Source of the DNA: Octopus vulgaris
Taxonomy: Eukaryota
DNA: 64,000 nucleotides
Direction: 5' to 3'
Assembly (NCBI GenBank): GCA_951406725.2
Contig: OX597825.1
Span: forward strand, 80,228,001 to 80,292,000
In this document: positions 41,827 to 53,882 of the stretch, piece by piece
Layout of the letters: the number at the start of each line of letters is the position of its first letter
Position numbering within the stretch: the first letter of the stretch is position 1
Position numbers and translations under genes: made by a program
The notes under the pieces: model-generated
What the model saw: only the letters and a program-made list of their open reading frames with translations
Database searches by the model: none
What the model was told of the DNA's origin: nothing

Positions 41827-43605
41827 ATATATATATTTCAAATCTGAGTTCAAATCACAGTAAGTTCACCTTTCTCTTTCCACTTCGCCAGAGGTTAATC
41901 ATGTAAGCATCATTAATATTGACATGCCCCCCCCCACTACTTACTAGTTTTCCACAGTTTTTCCACAGGTCTGTCAATAGAAAAATTCGTTATTTTTATT
42001 TATTTATTTATTTATTTTATTGCCACATCTTTATTTAGAAACGTTCTTGTAGACTTAGGTGGGGGAGGGCGAGGGAGGAGGGCTGGCAGATAAGCTTCAT
42101 GTTACCAACATTAGCTACATCGTTCTGTTCCTTAGAATAGTATCCAGCCATATCAAATGTCATAACATATGATTGATCTAACATCATCATCACCACCACC
42201 ACCACCACCACCATCACCATCATTCCCATTTTTGTACCTATTAAAGAACACACACACGTAAAACATGCATTTTGGCTCCTTTTTTTTTTTCTTGTTTTCT
42301 TTTAGGTTTGTTAGCTCAAGAGGGGATTGTGTTACAAAAGGGTGAAAGATTGCTCTCGTAGAATGTCGTCTGTTAAGAAGAGCTGTTGGAAAAGCATTAG
42401 ACCGGAAAATAGTTTTGCTACAACAAACCGGTTACGACAAGCCCTGAGCAAGGAAAATACCTAAAACACAGCTAGAAACGAAGCGGCAGAGCTGTTTTCC
42501 TGGCCTCAAACTGCAAAAATCATTTGTGAGGCAATAACAATATTATTATATCAATGTCGTATTATAAAATTAATAAATTGGCGTGTTTATGTCCCTGTAA
42601 CTTAGCAGTTTGGCAAAAGTGACCGTTAGAATAAGTATCAGGCTTTACAATATAATAATAAGTACTAGGATTGATCCGTTTGATCAAAAGAAGGAGGAGG
42701 AGTTAGCATACTGGACAATATGCTGCTTAGCGGCATTTCATCTATCTTCATGTTCTGAGGTCAGTTCCTACCAAGATCAACTTTATCTTTTATCCTTTCA
42801 GGGTCAATGGAACAAGTAGCAATCGAGCACTGAGGTTGAATGTGATCGACTGCTCCTCTTCCCAACAAAACTTCACACCTTGTGCCTATAGTGGAAAGCA
42901 TTCATCATGAGAGAGCAGTGCATTCCATCAAAGTGACACTGGGGTACAATTATACGAAGCCCAGTATACCCATCATCACTGCCCGTCTGATAAGGGTACA
43001 CCAGGCACATGCACCACAACCATATGTGTGCGACATGGTGATCTCTTATCAAGATAAACAACACATGACCTTGCAGGTAAGGTCCAGTTAGAATTTCCTT
43101 CAGGTTGAGTAGCCCATCCCACTCAAAAGAGTCCCTGAATAAGGGTTATTTAAGGATGTTGAATGAAACACCCATGTTTCCAGAGATGAATTATTCAAAC
43201 CCCAAAGAATCCCTCTCAACACATGGCTATGATGCTCCCCCACTACTTCTGCTTGTGATCAGAGATGTACATATCGTCAACCACTAAGAGACATGGTCAA
43301 CTGGTTACGGTCAAACAACTGACAAGCAAATCTGGTATTGAGCAGAATATTTGCTGTAACCCACCTTTTATACTAAGATAAAACAATGTACATGATGACA
43401 TTTGCAATCGGTTAAGATGAGAGCCATTGTCTGGTACTGCATCAGGGTGTCTATTATTATTATTATTACATAATGCAGATAAATTGAATAAACAAAAAGT
43501 CTGAAACAGATTTATTACAATAATTTCTGCCCATGTTACATTTTATAAAACTGTAGACGTTGTTACTTTATTCAGCGTGCCCAGTATACTCCTGCCTGGT
43601 GTGTA

Positions 43606-43811
43606 TAGTAATCCCTCACCATATTGCGGTTTATTATTTAAGCTTACGGTGATTCCTGTGTTGGGGTTGTTTTGCATTTATATTAAAATAAATATATACA
43701 AATTATAAAAATAACAGAGAAAAATATACAGTATTCTTTCTACGTTGCGGATTTTCACCTATCCGCAGGGGGCTTTGGAACATAACACCTGTGATAGTCA
43801 AGGGATTACTG
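43606..43811. mobile_element. Tigger/pogo-like MITE
   Basis: TA|tagtaatccct ... agggattactg|TA. Confidence 0.7.
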
Positions 43812-44242
43812 TATTGTGAAACAATGAGATATTGATAGCAGTAAATGGTATATTTATGGATCACCCTACAGTGCAATCTTACGTTGAAGTATGGATGACC
43901 TGAATTTCTATGACTTCCTAATTCTGAATGTATTAAAATGGATCACAGCCTTCATTGAACTCTGGCTGAGGAAGCTCAGTGCTGTGCTTTTTATGAAGTC
44001 ATTTAACCAGCTGAAGAATGTGGTCAGAGGGAAGCCAAACCTTACATTTCATAAAGAGTTATTAGTACCAATTACACACCAGGGTTGATGTAATCAACTT
44101 TCCCTGCCCATGAAATTGCTGGCCTTGCACCAAAATTTGAAACTGTTGTTGTTGTTGTTGATGGTAGTAAATGGTATATCTATGGATCACCCTACAGTGC
44201 AATCTTACATTGAAGTATGGATGACCTGAATTTCTATGAAGT

Positions 44243-44643
44243 TTCTCAGAAACCTGGACGTTATCAAAGAAGCTTGAGAGGCGATTGGATGGAACTTACA
44301 CTCACCTCCTTATGAGAGCTCAAAATCTCTCGTGGGAGCGTCATCCAACCAAGGTACAAATATATGGGAAATTACCACCTGTATCATCTCTTGTGAAAGG
44401 TAGAAGAGTCCAGTTTGCTGGACATTGTTGTAAAGATGAAAACGAGGTAATTTCTACTCTTCTCCTCTGGAAGCCATCTGCTCGTGATACCAGAGGGCGC
44501 ACACTCTCCTACCCTGATGTAATCTCCAGGGATACAGGCATCCAGCGACAGGACCTCCGTAATGCTATGATGGACCGTGAAGTCTGGCGTAATATAGTAA
44601 ATTCCATTGTCTCGATCATGGTCGAACAATGGTGATGATGATG
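44243..44643 (+). mobile_element. RTE-clade LINE 3' end with (TGA)n tail
   Basis: SETWTLSKKLERRLDGTYTHLLMRAQNLSW..RRVQFAGHC..DREVWR matches the RTE ORF C-terminus. Confidence 0.9.
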
Positions 44644-44949
44644 GCCTGAGAACAGGTGAGTGTTGCGGCAGACAGTCTAAGCAGTGTCTTCTGGAAGGCT
44701 TTGAGGATGAGGATTATGAATAACCCCCAAAAGTCCTTGGTTGGAGAGTGCCCCTGAAGTGGGGAAGGGTCTTTGGCTGTATGAAACAAGTACTACAGGC
44801 ATAAAAGTCCCAGTAGTTGGGCCTGTCTGTAATCTGCACAAGATGAGAACAACTATTTAGCACACATTATCAGTATTTGTACAGTGTTGACTTGTGGGTT
44901 TGTGTCAAACAGCAGCTGATATGTGTAGGATTAACAAGGTTACCAACTG

Positions 44950-45140
44950 AAAATATTGTGAAGATCGGCTTACCACCTTTCTTTGTTTAGAAAGGGTCTT
45001 TTTCTATTTCGTGATCATGCTAAAAGGAAATTGTTTGGTTGGTGTGCTTAAAACGTTTGAGAACAGAGATTTTTTCCACTCTAGCCAAGCCCTCATCAAC
45101 TTCTTTGAATACTACTTCCAGAGGAAGGTGAAGAGAAGGA
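44950..45140 (+). mobile_element. Decayed L1/Tx1-like fragment
   Basis: SSQALINFFEYYFQRKVK is homologous to the copies at 46.1 kb and 33.0 kb. Confidence 0.6.
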
Positions 45141-45483
45141 GAGGGAGAGAGATAGAGAGAGAGAGAGAAAGGTCATCTTCCTAAGTATTTTACAAAAGGT
45201 GGATGACAGCAGAAAGAATAACGAGGTTAAACGAGCCTATTTTAACAACATAATTAAAAACAGGAGACGAAAAACAGAGAGGACACTTGTTTTTGTTGCA
45301 TCACAATAACAATCCAGTGTTTTATTTAGGGGTCTCTCCTCCCACCTACCTAATTACCTAAGATGGTTCTCTTATTCCTATACAGGACCCTTTTATCACC
45401 TCAGATCTCTGGCATCTGACTCACTCTTCTTGGACACACATGAAATATCCAAAGTGTTGATGCAACAATAATAATCTTTTATA

Positions 45484-45985
45484 AGGCAGTGAGCTGGCAG
45501 AATCATTAGCACACCGAGAAAAGTGCTTTGTCTTTACATTCTGAGTTTAAATTCTGCCAAGGTCAACTTTGCCGTTCATCCTTTCAGGGTTGATTAAATA
45601 AGTACCAGTTACGTACTGGGATCGATCTAATCAACTTAATCCTATTGTCTGTCTTTGTTTGTCCCCTCTATGTTTAGCCCCCTATGGGCAGTGAATAAAT
45701 AAATAATAATCTTTGACAGAAAGCACAAAGCTGAGATTAACTCAGAACGTAACAGCAGACAAAATGCCTATTTCTTTACTACCCACGGAAGGGACAAACA
45801 AAGACAGATAAATGGATTAAGTCAATTGTATCGACCCCAGGGCGTAACTGGTACTTATTTAATCGACCCCGAAGGGATGAAATACAAAGTCAACCTCGGA
45901 GGAATTTGAACTCAGAACATAACAGCAGACGAAATACTGCTAAGTTTTTCACCCAGCATGCTAACATTTCTGCCAGCTCACCGCC
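45484..45985. mobile_element. Tail-to-tail inverted pair of family B SINEs
   Basis: Plus copy 45484-45700, minus copy 45769-45985. Confidence 0.85.
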
Positions 45986-46044
45986 TTTTCTGTTGAAGAG
46001 CATAGACTCAAAACGCAAAAATTTTTTTTATTTTTCCCAAGCAT

Positions 46045-46447
46045 CAAACTAATACACTTTCTTTCGTCTTTGGCCAAGCCCTCATAAACATTTTCAAGTT
46101 TCCCTTAAAAAGGAAAGTGAGGATGGAGCAGGAAGTGTTGCCTTCTAGCAAATTTTCTGAAAGGTGGGTGAATGTCGGAAAAATGGCCAAAGTCAAAGGA
46201 CCAGTTCTGAACCTACACCTGTGAAAAATAAAAGGAGAAAGGCTATTGCCCTGTTGGTCAGGCACCCATGGCTTTTGTGAGGTTTTCCACAAGTAACCTT
46301 AAAACACCTCCCCCTAGTGGGAGTTTTATTTGTTTAATTTTCTATGTTATTTTCTTATTTACACGCTTTTTAAAGCCATTTGTATTGTCTGGTCTTTGTC
46401 TCTTAGTGTAACTTTATGAAAGCCCTTGTGGCCAATAAAAAGAATTA
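46045..46447 (+). mobile_element. L1/Tx1-like LINE 3' end
   Basis: FGQALINIFKFPLKRKVRMEQEVLPSSKFSERWVNVGKMAKVKGPVLNLHL* aligns with the minus copy at 32890-33060; same 3' terminus. Confidence 0.75.
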
Positions 46448-46685
46448 ATTATTATTTAGTGGCATTTCTTAATGACCCTTGCGTTCTTAGTTCAAACTCC
46501 ACCAAGGTCAATGGAATAAGCACCAGCTGAACCCTGGGGGTCAATGAAATCAACTAGCCCCACCACCGAATTTCAAGCCTTATGCCTATAGTAGAAAGGA
46601 ATGCTGTTGTTGTTGTTGTTGTGTAAGTGATTTACAATGGATGAAAATGTTAGACTGCATTATATGATCAACATGACAACCAAGC

Positions 46686-46687
<2 letters not shown>

Positions 46688-46768
<81 letters not shown>
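46688..46768. repeat. (GT)n microsatellite
   Basis: Direct inspection. Confidence 0.97.
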
Positions 46769-46770
<2 letters not shown>

Positions 46771-47117
46771 TGTGTACACTAACATGTATACATGCTCAAA
46801 CACAAATACATACATATGAACATTTCCACTATCAGCTGTCACACACACACACACATACATACACACACAGAAAAGAAGGGAGTAAAAATGAATAGAAAAG
46901 AAAAAAAGGATAAAAAAAAACACCTAAAGTCCCAAAATGCTGTGACTAAACCCAGCAATGGAGGAGGAGAGAGGAGAGAGGTGGAGTAACATTAATACCC
47001 CTGTGGATTTGTGTCAACACTTGAACAACATTTATGGGTGTCTAAGAAGATCAGGTTGGAAGCAACAGATGGGGTGGGGGGAAGCAACTGCCAGTCAGCT
47101 CCTTGTAAAGGCTGTTT

Positions 47118-47160
<43 letters not shown>

Positions 47161-49269
47161 ATCTCTCTCTCTCTATGAATTGTTTGACAGAGTGAATAAT
47201 GACTGTAAAATAATTGGCCATGGGTGGAGAGATATTGAAATCAGTCAAAATCAATTAAATCGCTTAGCATTCAAATGAAAAGCTTATTTATTCACATTGC
47301 TTCGAATTAATCATGCATTATCTTGTAGCTTCAAAACTTTCAATGATGGGATCGTTTATTTTTAGAATGACACTGTAGGGAAGGTGTGAGAAGTTGGATC
47401 CGACCAGTTTCAACATAAAACAAGTGAAATATCCGGGCTGGATGTGTCCAGTTTAAATGCTCATGGGTTAAATGTTAAATGGATCTAAGGAGTTTTACAT
47501 TTCGCTCTTGTTAAACTGTATAAATTCTTGGCCATTCTTGGACAGACTCAGAGCAAGACCTGGAGAGAGATGGAAGGCACTAAATAGGTTGTGGACAATG
47601 ACAAAAGAACTTTGATTAACAACCGATTGATTAGTTGGTTAGATATTTAACCAACTGACTAACAATAAAGAAGTGGTATTGAACCAGTGTGTGTGTTATT
47701 AATATTGATGTAATGACCCTCCCAAGACACAATAAGATTGTGATTGATGGCTAAACCAGTACATTAAGCAAACGATCGACTAGTTGGTTAGATTTTGAGA
47801 ACACACTCTTTGTGGTAAGGGGATCTGACATCTATTTCTAGTGTATAGGAATCCACTTTAGTGGTCATTCCTCTTATTAATTGTAATATTATATGTGTGT
47901 CTGTGTGTATACACACACATCACCATCAACATCACCACTGTTTAACATCTGTTTTCTATGCTGGCATGGGTTGAACAGTTTGACAGGAGCTGGCTAGTTG
48001 AAAAGGGCTACTACCCAGTCTCTATGTCTGTCCTGGGATGGTTTCTACAGCTGAATGCCCTTCCTAATGCCAACCACTTTACATAGTGTACTAGGTGCTT
48101 TCAAGCAACAGTGGCACGGGTGCATTTACGTGCCACCAGTACTTATGGGCCCACAAGATTAGGGATGCTCAGCTGGAGAGAAGAGTAGGGGACAAGCTTG
48201 TATGCAAGGGCAACCCCATTTTTATTTAGCTTGATGTGTCTCTTCAAACAGAGAAAACCACCAAAACTCTCAGTCCCCTGTTGTCCCTTCTGCGAGGCCC
48301 AACATTTGTAGATCCTTTCTCACTAATTTATACACACACACACACAATAAGGACACTAGAAACAGCAGCTTGAAACTAGAAACACTAGCTAATTAAAAAC
48401 ACTAATTAAATATTTAGTTTATCCAGTTTCATTGTATCAAAAGCCTGATCAAACAGAGCTAAGAGTAGAAGATAATCAACAACAACTCGTTACAGCAAAA
48501 CTATTGTAGCTAATTAATACAATTATTACAAGAATGCCTTACACAATATCAGCTTTACTGATTACTACAATATTAACTTAACGAAGAAAGGAAAAGAACT
48601 TATTCGTGTGAAAGAAAAAAACTTTCTTTCTTAACAGGAAATTTAATAAATCAACAACATGCAAGAGAAGAGAGAAATTCCTTGAGTGGAATGTAAGCAT
48701 TTGTAGTTTTAGTGGAGGTGGGAAAAAAAGCTATTAACTACTAAGAGAAGAAGTGTAGAAAGCAGATGATTTAAGCTTGCATAGCATCTAAGTTTCTGAA
48801 AAAATGGTTACTGAGGTCTTTACCAATTGGTAGCCAATATTGTATTGGAATTCAAAGGGCGCTTTGGGTGGATGGTGGTAAGAAATAAAAAAGTAATGAG
48901 GGATAAAACATGAAGGAGAAAGCTGAAAATAGTAGTGTAAAATTAGATGGTAAGGTATGGTATAGTACTTTGCATACTACTTCAGAAAATAGTCTTAAGA
49001 AGGGAAAAGCCAGAGAACCAGAGCAGGTATGATATCAAGGGGTACTGAAAAAAAAATACAAGGAGGGAATATGGTGTGTAAAAGGGCTCAGAATAGCTAA
49101 ACAGTTTGTGGAGACAGTCTTTTTCATCTTACATAATACTCTGTAATGTTGTTCTGTTTGTTAGACTTTAGCGATTTATTATTCTTTTTTAATTGTATTT
49201 TTTTCACATTCATTTGTTTCAAAGCTCCACCTCATAGATATATCCTTACATCACGTATACATTCATTTG

Positions 49270-49349
49270 TACATACATACATACAAATAAATACATTTCT
49301 ACATACATACATACATATAAATAAATACATATATACATACATATGTACA

Positions 49350-49403
<54 letters not shown>

Positions 49404-49453
49404 ATATATATATATGCATTCATATATATATATATATATATATACATTCATTC

Positions 49454-49499
<46 letters not shown>

Positions 49500-49500
49500 C
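49270..49500. repeat. (TA)n/(TACA)n compound microsatellite
   Basis: Direct inspection. Confidence 0.95.
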
Positions 49501-51338
49501 AGATGCATTTGTACACATGTACATCCATGTATGCATGTAAGCATAAAAATATGTGAACATGTTAACATTCATTGACAAGAAGAAAAAATGAAGTCTGGCT
49601 GACTGGAAATGTTATCATTTTGAGTGAAGCATAACTGAAGTGAGGCAGGAGCTGAGAGCCAGAAAAAAAGAATCATCATTTCAGATAACTGAAAGTAAAT
49701 GAAAGATGCAAAGATCTCGAGAAAAGAAGGAAAACGTCTCAGCTAGGTTAGAAAATAGATTTTGTCAAGTAGCAGTCTAAATAAATTATTATAACCAGCA
49801 TTCGGGGGACGGGGCGAGGGTTTCTAATGATAGATGCAAACATGGTTATGTGGTGAGAAATTTGCTTTGCAACCCATGTAGTCACTGGTTCAGTCCTACC
49901 ATGCAGCACCTTCAGCATGTGCCTAAGACTGACCGATAGCCCAAGACAGGCCAAAAGTCCAAGACTGGCGAGTGGATTTGATGGACAATTAACAGGAACC
50001 ACATGGTTGGGAAGCAAGCTCCTTATTTCTTTATTGCCCATGAGGGGCTAAACACAGAGAGGACAAACAAGGACAGACAAAGGAATTAAGTCGATTACAT
50101 TGCCCCCAGTGCGTAATTGGTTCTTAATTTATTGACTCCGAAAGGATGAAAGGCAAAGTCGACCTCGGTGGAATTTGAACTCAGAACGTAGCGATGAGCA
50201 AAATACCGCTAAGCATTTCGCCCGGCGCACTAGCGTTTCTGCAAGCTTGCTGTCTTCAGCAAGCTTCTTAGCACATGCAACCCTTTTCACTGTACCATTA
50301 AATTTCAGACTCTCAGAAGCACTTTCAATTTTCTTGACACTAAATCAGTTTAACCAACCCTGAGTGAGTTCTTTACCTCTATCTGGTGCCACTGGCATTT
50401 GTATTTCCTGACATTTTCAAAGATCCTACTCGAACATAAAAAGATTTCGAAGCGAGTAATGGCTGACTCCGCTACAACCAACACATTCCCAGTATTTTGT
50501 TCATTTTTGCTGTAGGAAAATTCACCATAAAAAAAAAAATTTCATTTTAAATAACTTCATCGCATTTTGTTTTAATATTTGATGTTCACTAAAGATTTGC
50601 ATATTCAATGCTTTTATAAAACATTTTATAATTTTTTTTTATATTTTGAAAAAATACGCATTATCATTGTCCATATAGAGAATTGTCTTACAAAGAATTT
50701 TCCTATATTCTTTTATTCTTTAATTTGACTGCGACCTTTAGTCGAGCAAATTGACCCCAGGACTTATTCTTTGTAAGCCTAGTACTTATTCTATCGGTCT
50801 CTTTTGTCCTTACCTTCGAAACACAGAGTAGATAAAACAGGGGACAACTGATGAAGGGAATGTTCTTTATGTTGCATATCTCGTTTCTCTGTTTGTTTTT
50901 TTCGTTGTTTGAAAAAAATTTTGGTTTTTATGTTCTCGTTTCTCATTTTGTCTACATTATATATACGACAGGATTCTTTCAGTTTCTGTCTACTCACAAG
51001 GATTTGGCTGACCAAAGGCTATAACAGAAGACACTTGCCCAAAGTGCCATGCAGTGGGACTGAACCCAGAACCATGTGGTTGGTAAGCAAGCTACTTACC
51101 ACACACAGCCACCCTGCGCCTATGGTTAAAAAACAATAACAACTAGAAAATGAGTATGATCTTCATAATGTCATTGTGTTGCATGCAATGGTTTTTACTA
51201 GGATTTGAACTCTTGGGCTTTATGTTGTTATTAATGATTATGTTGTTATTGTTGTTATTATTACTGTTGTTATTATTGTTACTATTATTATTATTATTGT
51301 TTTTATTATTATTATTGTTGTTATTATTATAATTATTA

Positions 51339-51560
51339 AGGTGGCGAGCTGGCAGAATCACTAGCATACCAGACAATGCACTTAGTGGCATTTCATCTGT
51401 CTTTACATTCTGAGTTCAAATTCTGCCAGGGTCCACTTTACCTTTTATCCTTTTCGAGTCAATAAATTAAGTACCAGTTACATACTGGGATCAATGTATT
51501 CAACTATCTCCTCCCTCAAAATTTCAGGCCTTGTGCCTATAGTAGAAAGGATTATTATTA
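51339..51560 (+). mobile_element. Family B SINE, alternative tail type
   Basis: Same head and core as 29041; tail aaatttcaggccttgtgcctatagtagaaagg(att)n. Confidence 0.85.
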
Positions 51561-52266
51561 TCATTATCATTATTGTCATTATCATTATTATTATTATTAT
51601 TATTCAATGATTCAATGATTCAAGCAAAGGTTTTGTTGTCCACAATGTGGTTTTTGTTTCATCAATTGTCATTTTTGCAAAAATCATGCAAATAATAACT
51701 TTGGTGGTGTTTGGGGTTAGGGAGTGAGGGGGGGGGCACATGGCATAAGATCGTGACAGAGTCCGATGAGAGAACAAGAGGAAGACAGGAAATGGTTTAA
51801 CAAGACAGGATTATGAGAAAATAGCTGAGCTGAATGAAACCAAAACCTTTCTTTCCTTGCAGGTCTGTCTGGCTATACCAGTACAGAAACCCACTGCGTG
51901 GAGAAGAAACAAATAAATTTAGGAAGTTTATCTTCAATGTAATCACGATTTGACTGACATTTTCCTCAATGAGAATTTTAACTTCACGACATGTGCAGAC
52001 AGGTTCTGAACGTTTCAAATGACCTGACCTCTGGAGGGAGTGTTTCAAAAGTGGAAAACAGGAATGGTCAGTTTTGGTTTTGGAGAGAAGAGAGAAAGAG
52101 ATGAGAAAATGATTGCAATTATTACAAATAGACACATGTGACACTAATAGAAAGTTACAATGGCTTCAAGCTAATTTAATAATGCTTTTTGCTTTCTTTA
52201 ATTTTATTTTATAGACATTGTTGTCATAGGGAGCGTGTCTGATTTTATTTCAAATGATTAACCAAC

Positions 52267-52450
52267 AAACAAACAAACAAAAGGGAACGCAGTGTAAATA
52301 ACGGACAGAGTCAAAACTATTGAAAAGGTTGCAAGAGGCAACGAAAATTTTAGGACAATAAAAATAAGGGGAAAAAAAGTGGAAATTTTACAGGTGAGTG
52401 TGTTAAATAATAAAGGCACAAAAAGAAAATGACTCTCCCCAGACACAACA
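52267..52450 (+). mobile_element. Single-arm copy of the 25.4-kb palindromic family with 11-bp TSD
   Basis: tattgaaaaggttgcaag..gtggaaatttta..gactctccccagacacaaca; gattaaccaac at 52256-52266 and 52451-52461. Confidence 0.65.
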
Positions 52451-53075
52451 GATTAACCAACTATTTTCCTATTTTTTCCAGTGTCTTTGAATTTTATCTC
52501 ACAGTTAATAAAGTGAATGTTAAAAACAACAGTGTTAGTTATGAGGAAGAAAAAAGCATTAAAGAATTATGTGTGTTCAGTTTAAACAATTATTTAATCT
52601 TATTTTGTTGTGAAAAGACACGCCGGATGACGTCAGGTGAAAGAACTGAGGTATGGGGCTGGATGTTAGACTTAATCGTTATCCCACGTTCACATCACAA
52701 AAGCAAATAGCTTAGCTAAGATTCATAACACAGAGTCGACAATTTTACAGGTTGCTGTTAAATACACACACAGTTATGTCAGACAGCTGATAAAATGATG
52801 TAATAAAATGCGGAAAATGAAATTATTCAACTTCTAAAGATTATATACAAGTTGAGAAAACAGACCTGCTGTTGGTGAAACAACTTAAAATAAATAAATT
52901 TTATTATCTGTTTTCATGTTGTTTTTTTTTTTGTCTTGCTTGGAGTGAAACATAATGGTAATGTGTTCCACATAGATGGTTCGGATGGCACCCTTAGGGA
53001 AGTATCTTCTACTATAGCCTTAGGGTGACCAGCGGCTTCTGGGTGAATTTGGTATGAGAAAACTCTATGGAAGCC

Positions 53076-53371
53076 AGCATCATTTACATTATTTACATTA
53101 TTTACATTCAACGCATATTTGTCCTCTTCTTGTTTGTTGTTAACACAACATTTCGGCTGATATACCCTCCAGCCTTCATCAAGGTATTTTTCGATGATGT
53201 TGTTGTTGTTGTTGTTGTTCAGGTCACTGTTTGGAATCGAACTCGGAATCTTGGTGTTAGTAGCCCGCACTCTTAACCACTACGCCATAGGCCCATGGGG
53301 CATATGTAAATAATGTAAATAATGTAAATAACGCACATGATTCCTCATCTCTTAAATATATAACTGTATTA
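53076..53371 (-). mobile_element. tRNA-headed non-autonomous element with hammerhead-like motif and fold-back end, nested in a family A SINE
   Basis: A box TGGCGTAGTGG, B box GAGTTCGATTCC; inverted (TGTAAATAA)n arrays at both ends; TSD tctatggaagcc at 53064-53075 and 53372-53383. Confidence 0.7.
53142..53188 (-). ncRNA. Degenerate minimal type I hammerhead ribozyme motif
   Basis: AAUAC-CUUGAUGA-A-GGCUGG(aggguaua)UCAGCC-GAAA-UGUU-GUGUU; stem II intact; extra U in the core; stem III AUGU instead of ACGU. Confidence 0.5.
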
Positions 53372-53882
53372 TCTATGGAAGCCCATTGTGTGTGTGTGTG
53401 TGTGCGTGTGTGTGGTGTGCGTGTGTGTGTGTTCATGTCTGTGTGTATCCCACCACTGCTTAACAACAGGTATCAGTTTGTTCATGCCCCATTATTCAGC
53501 ATTAGTACCGAGATTAATTTGATTGGCTAAACCCTTTGAGACAGTGCTCCAGCATGGCCAATGACTGAAGAAAGAGTAAAAGTTTGTAAAAGAAGAATAT
53601 GAACAACAAGGTTTGAATGGAAAATGTCAACGAGTTCTGAAACTAAGCAACAGAGGAATTTAAATGAGTGTAAAGGTAAGAGATTCTTGGGAGACCACCT
53701 CGGTGAAGAATTTAATTCCCTGTTCACTAATTTCACCAATCAACTTTCTTCTTACATTTCCAATAGTCTTGGAAGGAATGGGTTCCATTTGGTTGCCCTG
53801 TTCTTTGTCCACAAAGTGGACTTAAAGGATACAAGATATTTTCATTCATTTCCAAAATGCCAAGATGTCTTTGGGAATATTA

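Noticed and set aside
43822-43900. PDZ-like peptide NEILIAVNGIFMDH
   Set aside because: Short, lacks a good splice acceptor and sits next to a MITE; likely chance
51863-51953. Strong acceptor ctttctttccttgcag (also at 42305 on plus and 39413 on minus)
   Set aside because: All frames close quickly and show no homology; cannot be supported without transcripts
53229-53296. tRNA gene (also at 58780-58847 and 24786-24855)
   Set aside because: A/B boxes are present but there is no closing acceptor stem, and the sequence continues into a SINE body
53758-53820. Possible small minus-strand exon (tttaag|...|gtaaga)
   Set aside because: All three frames are open, there is no homology, and splice support is weak
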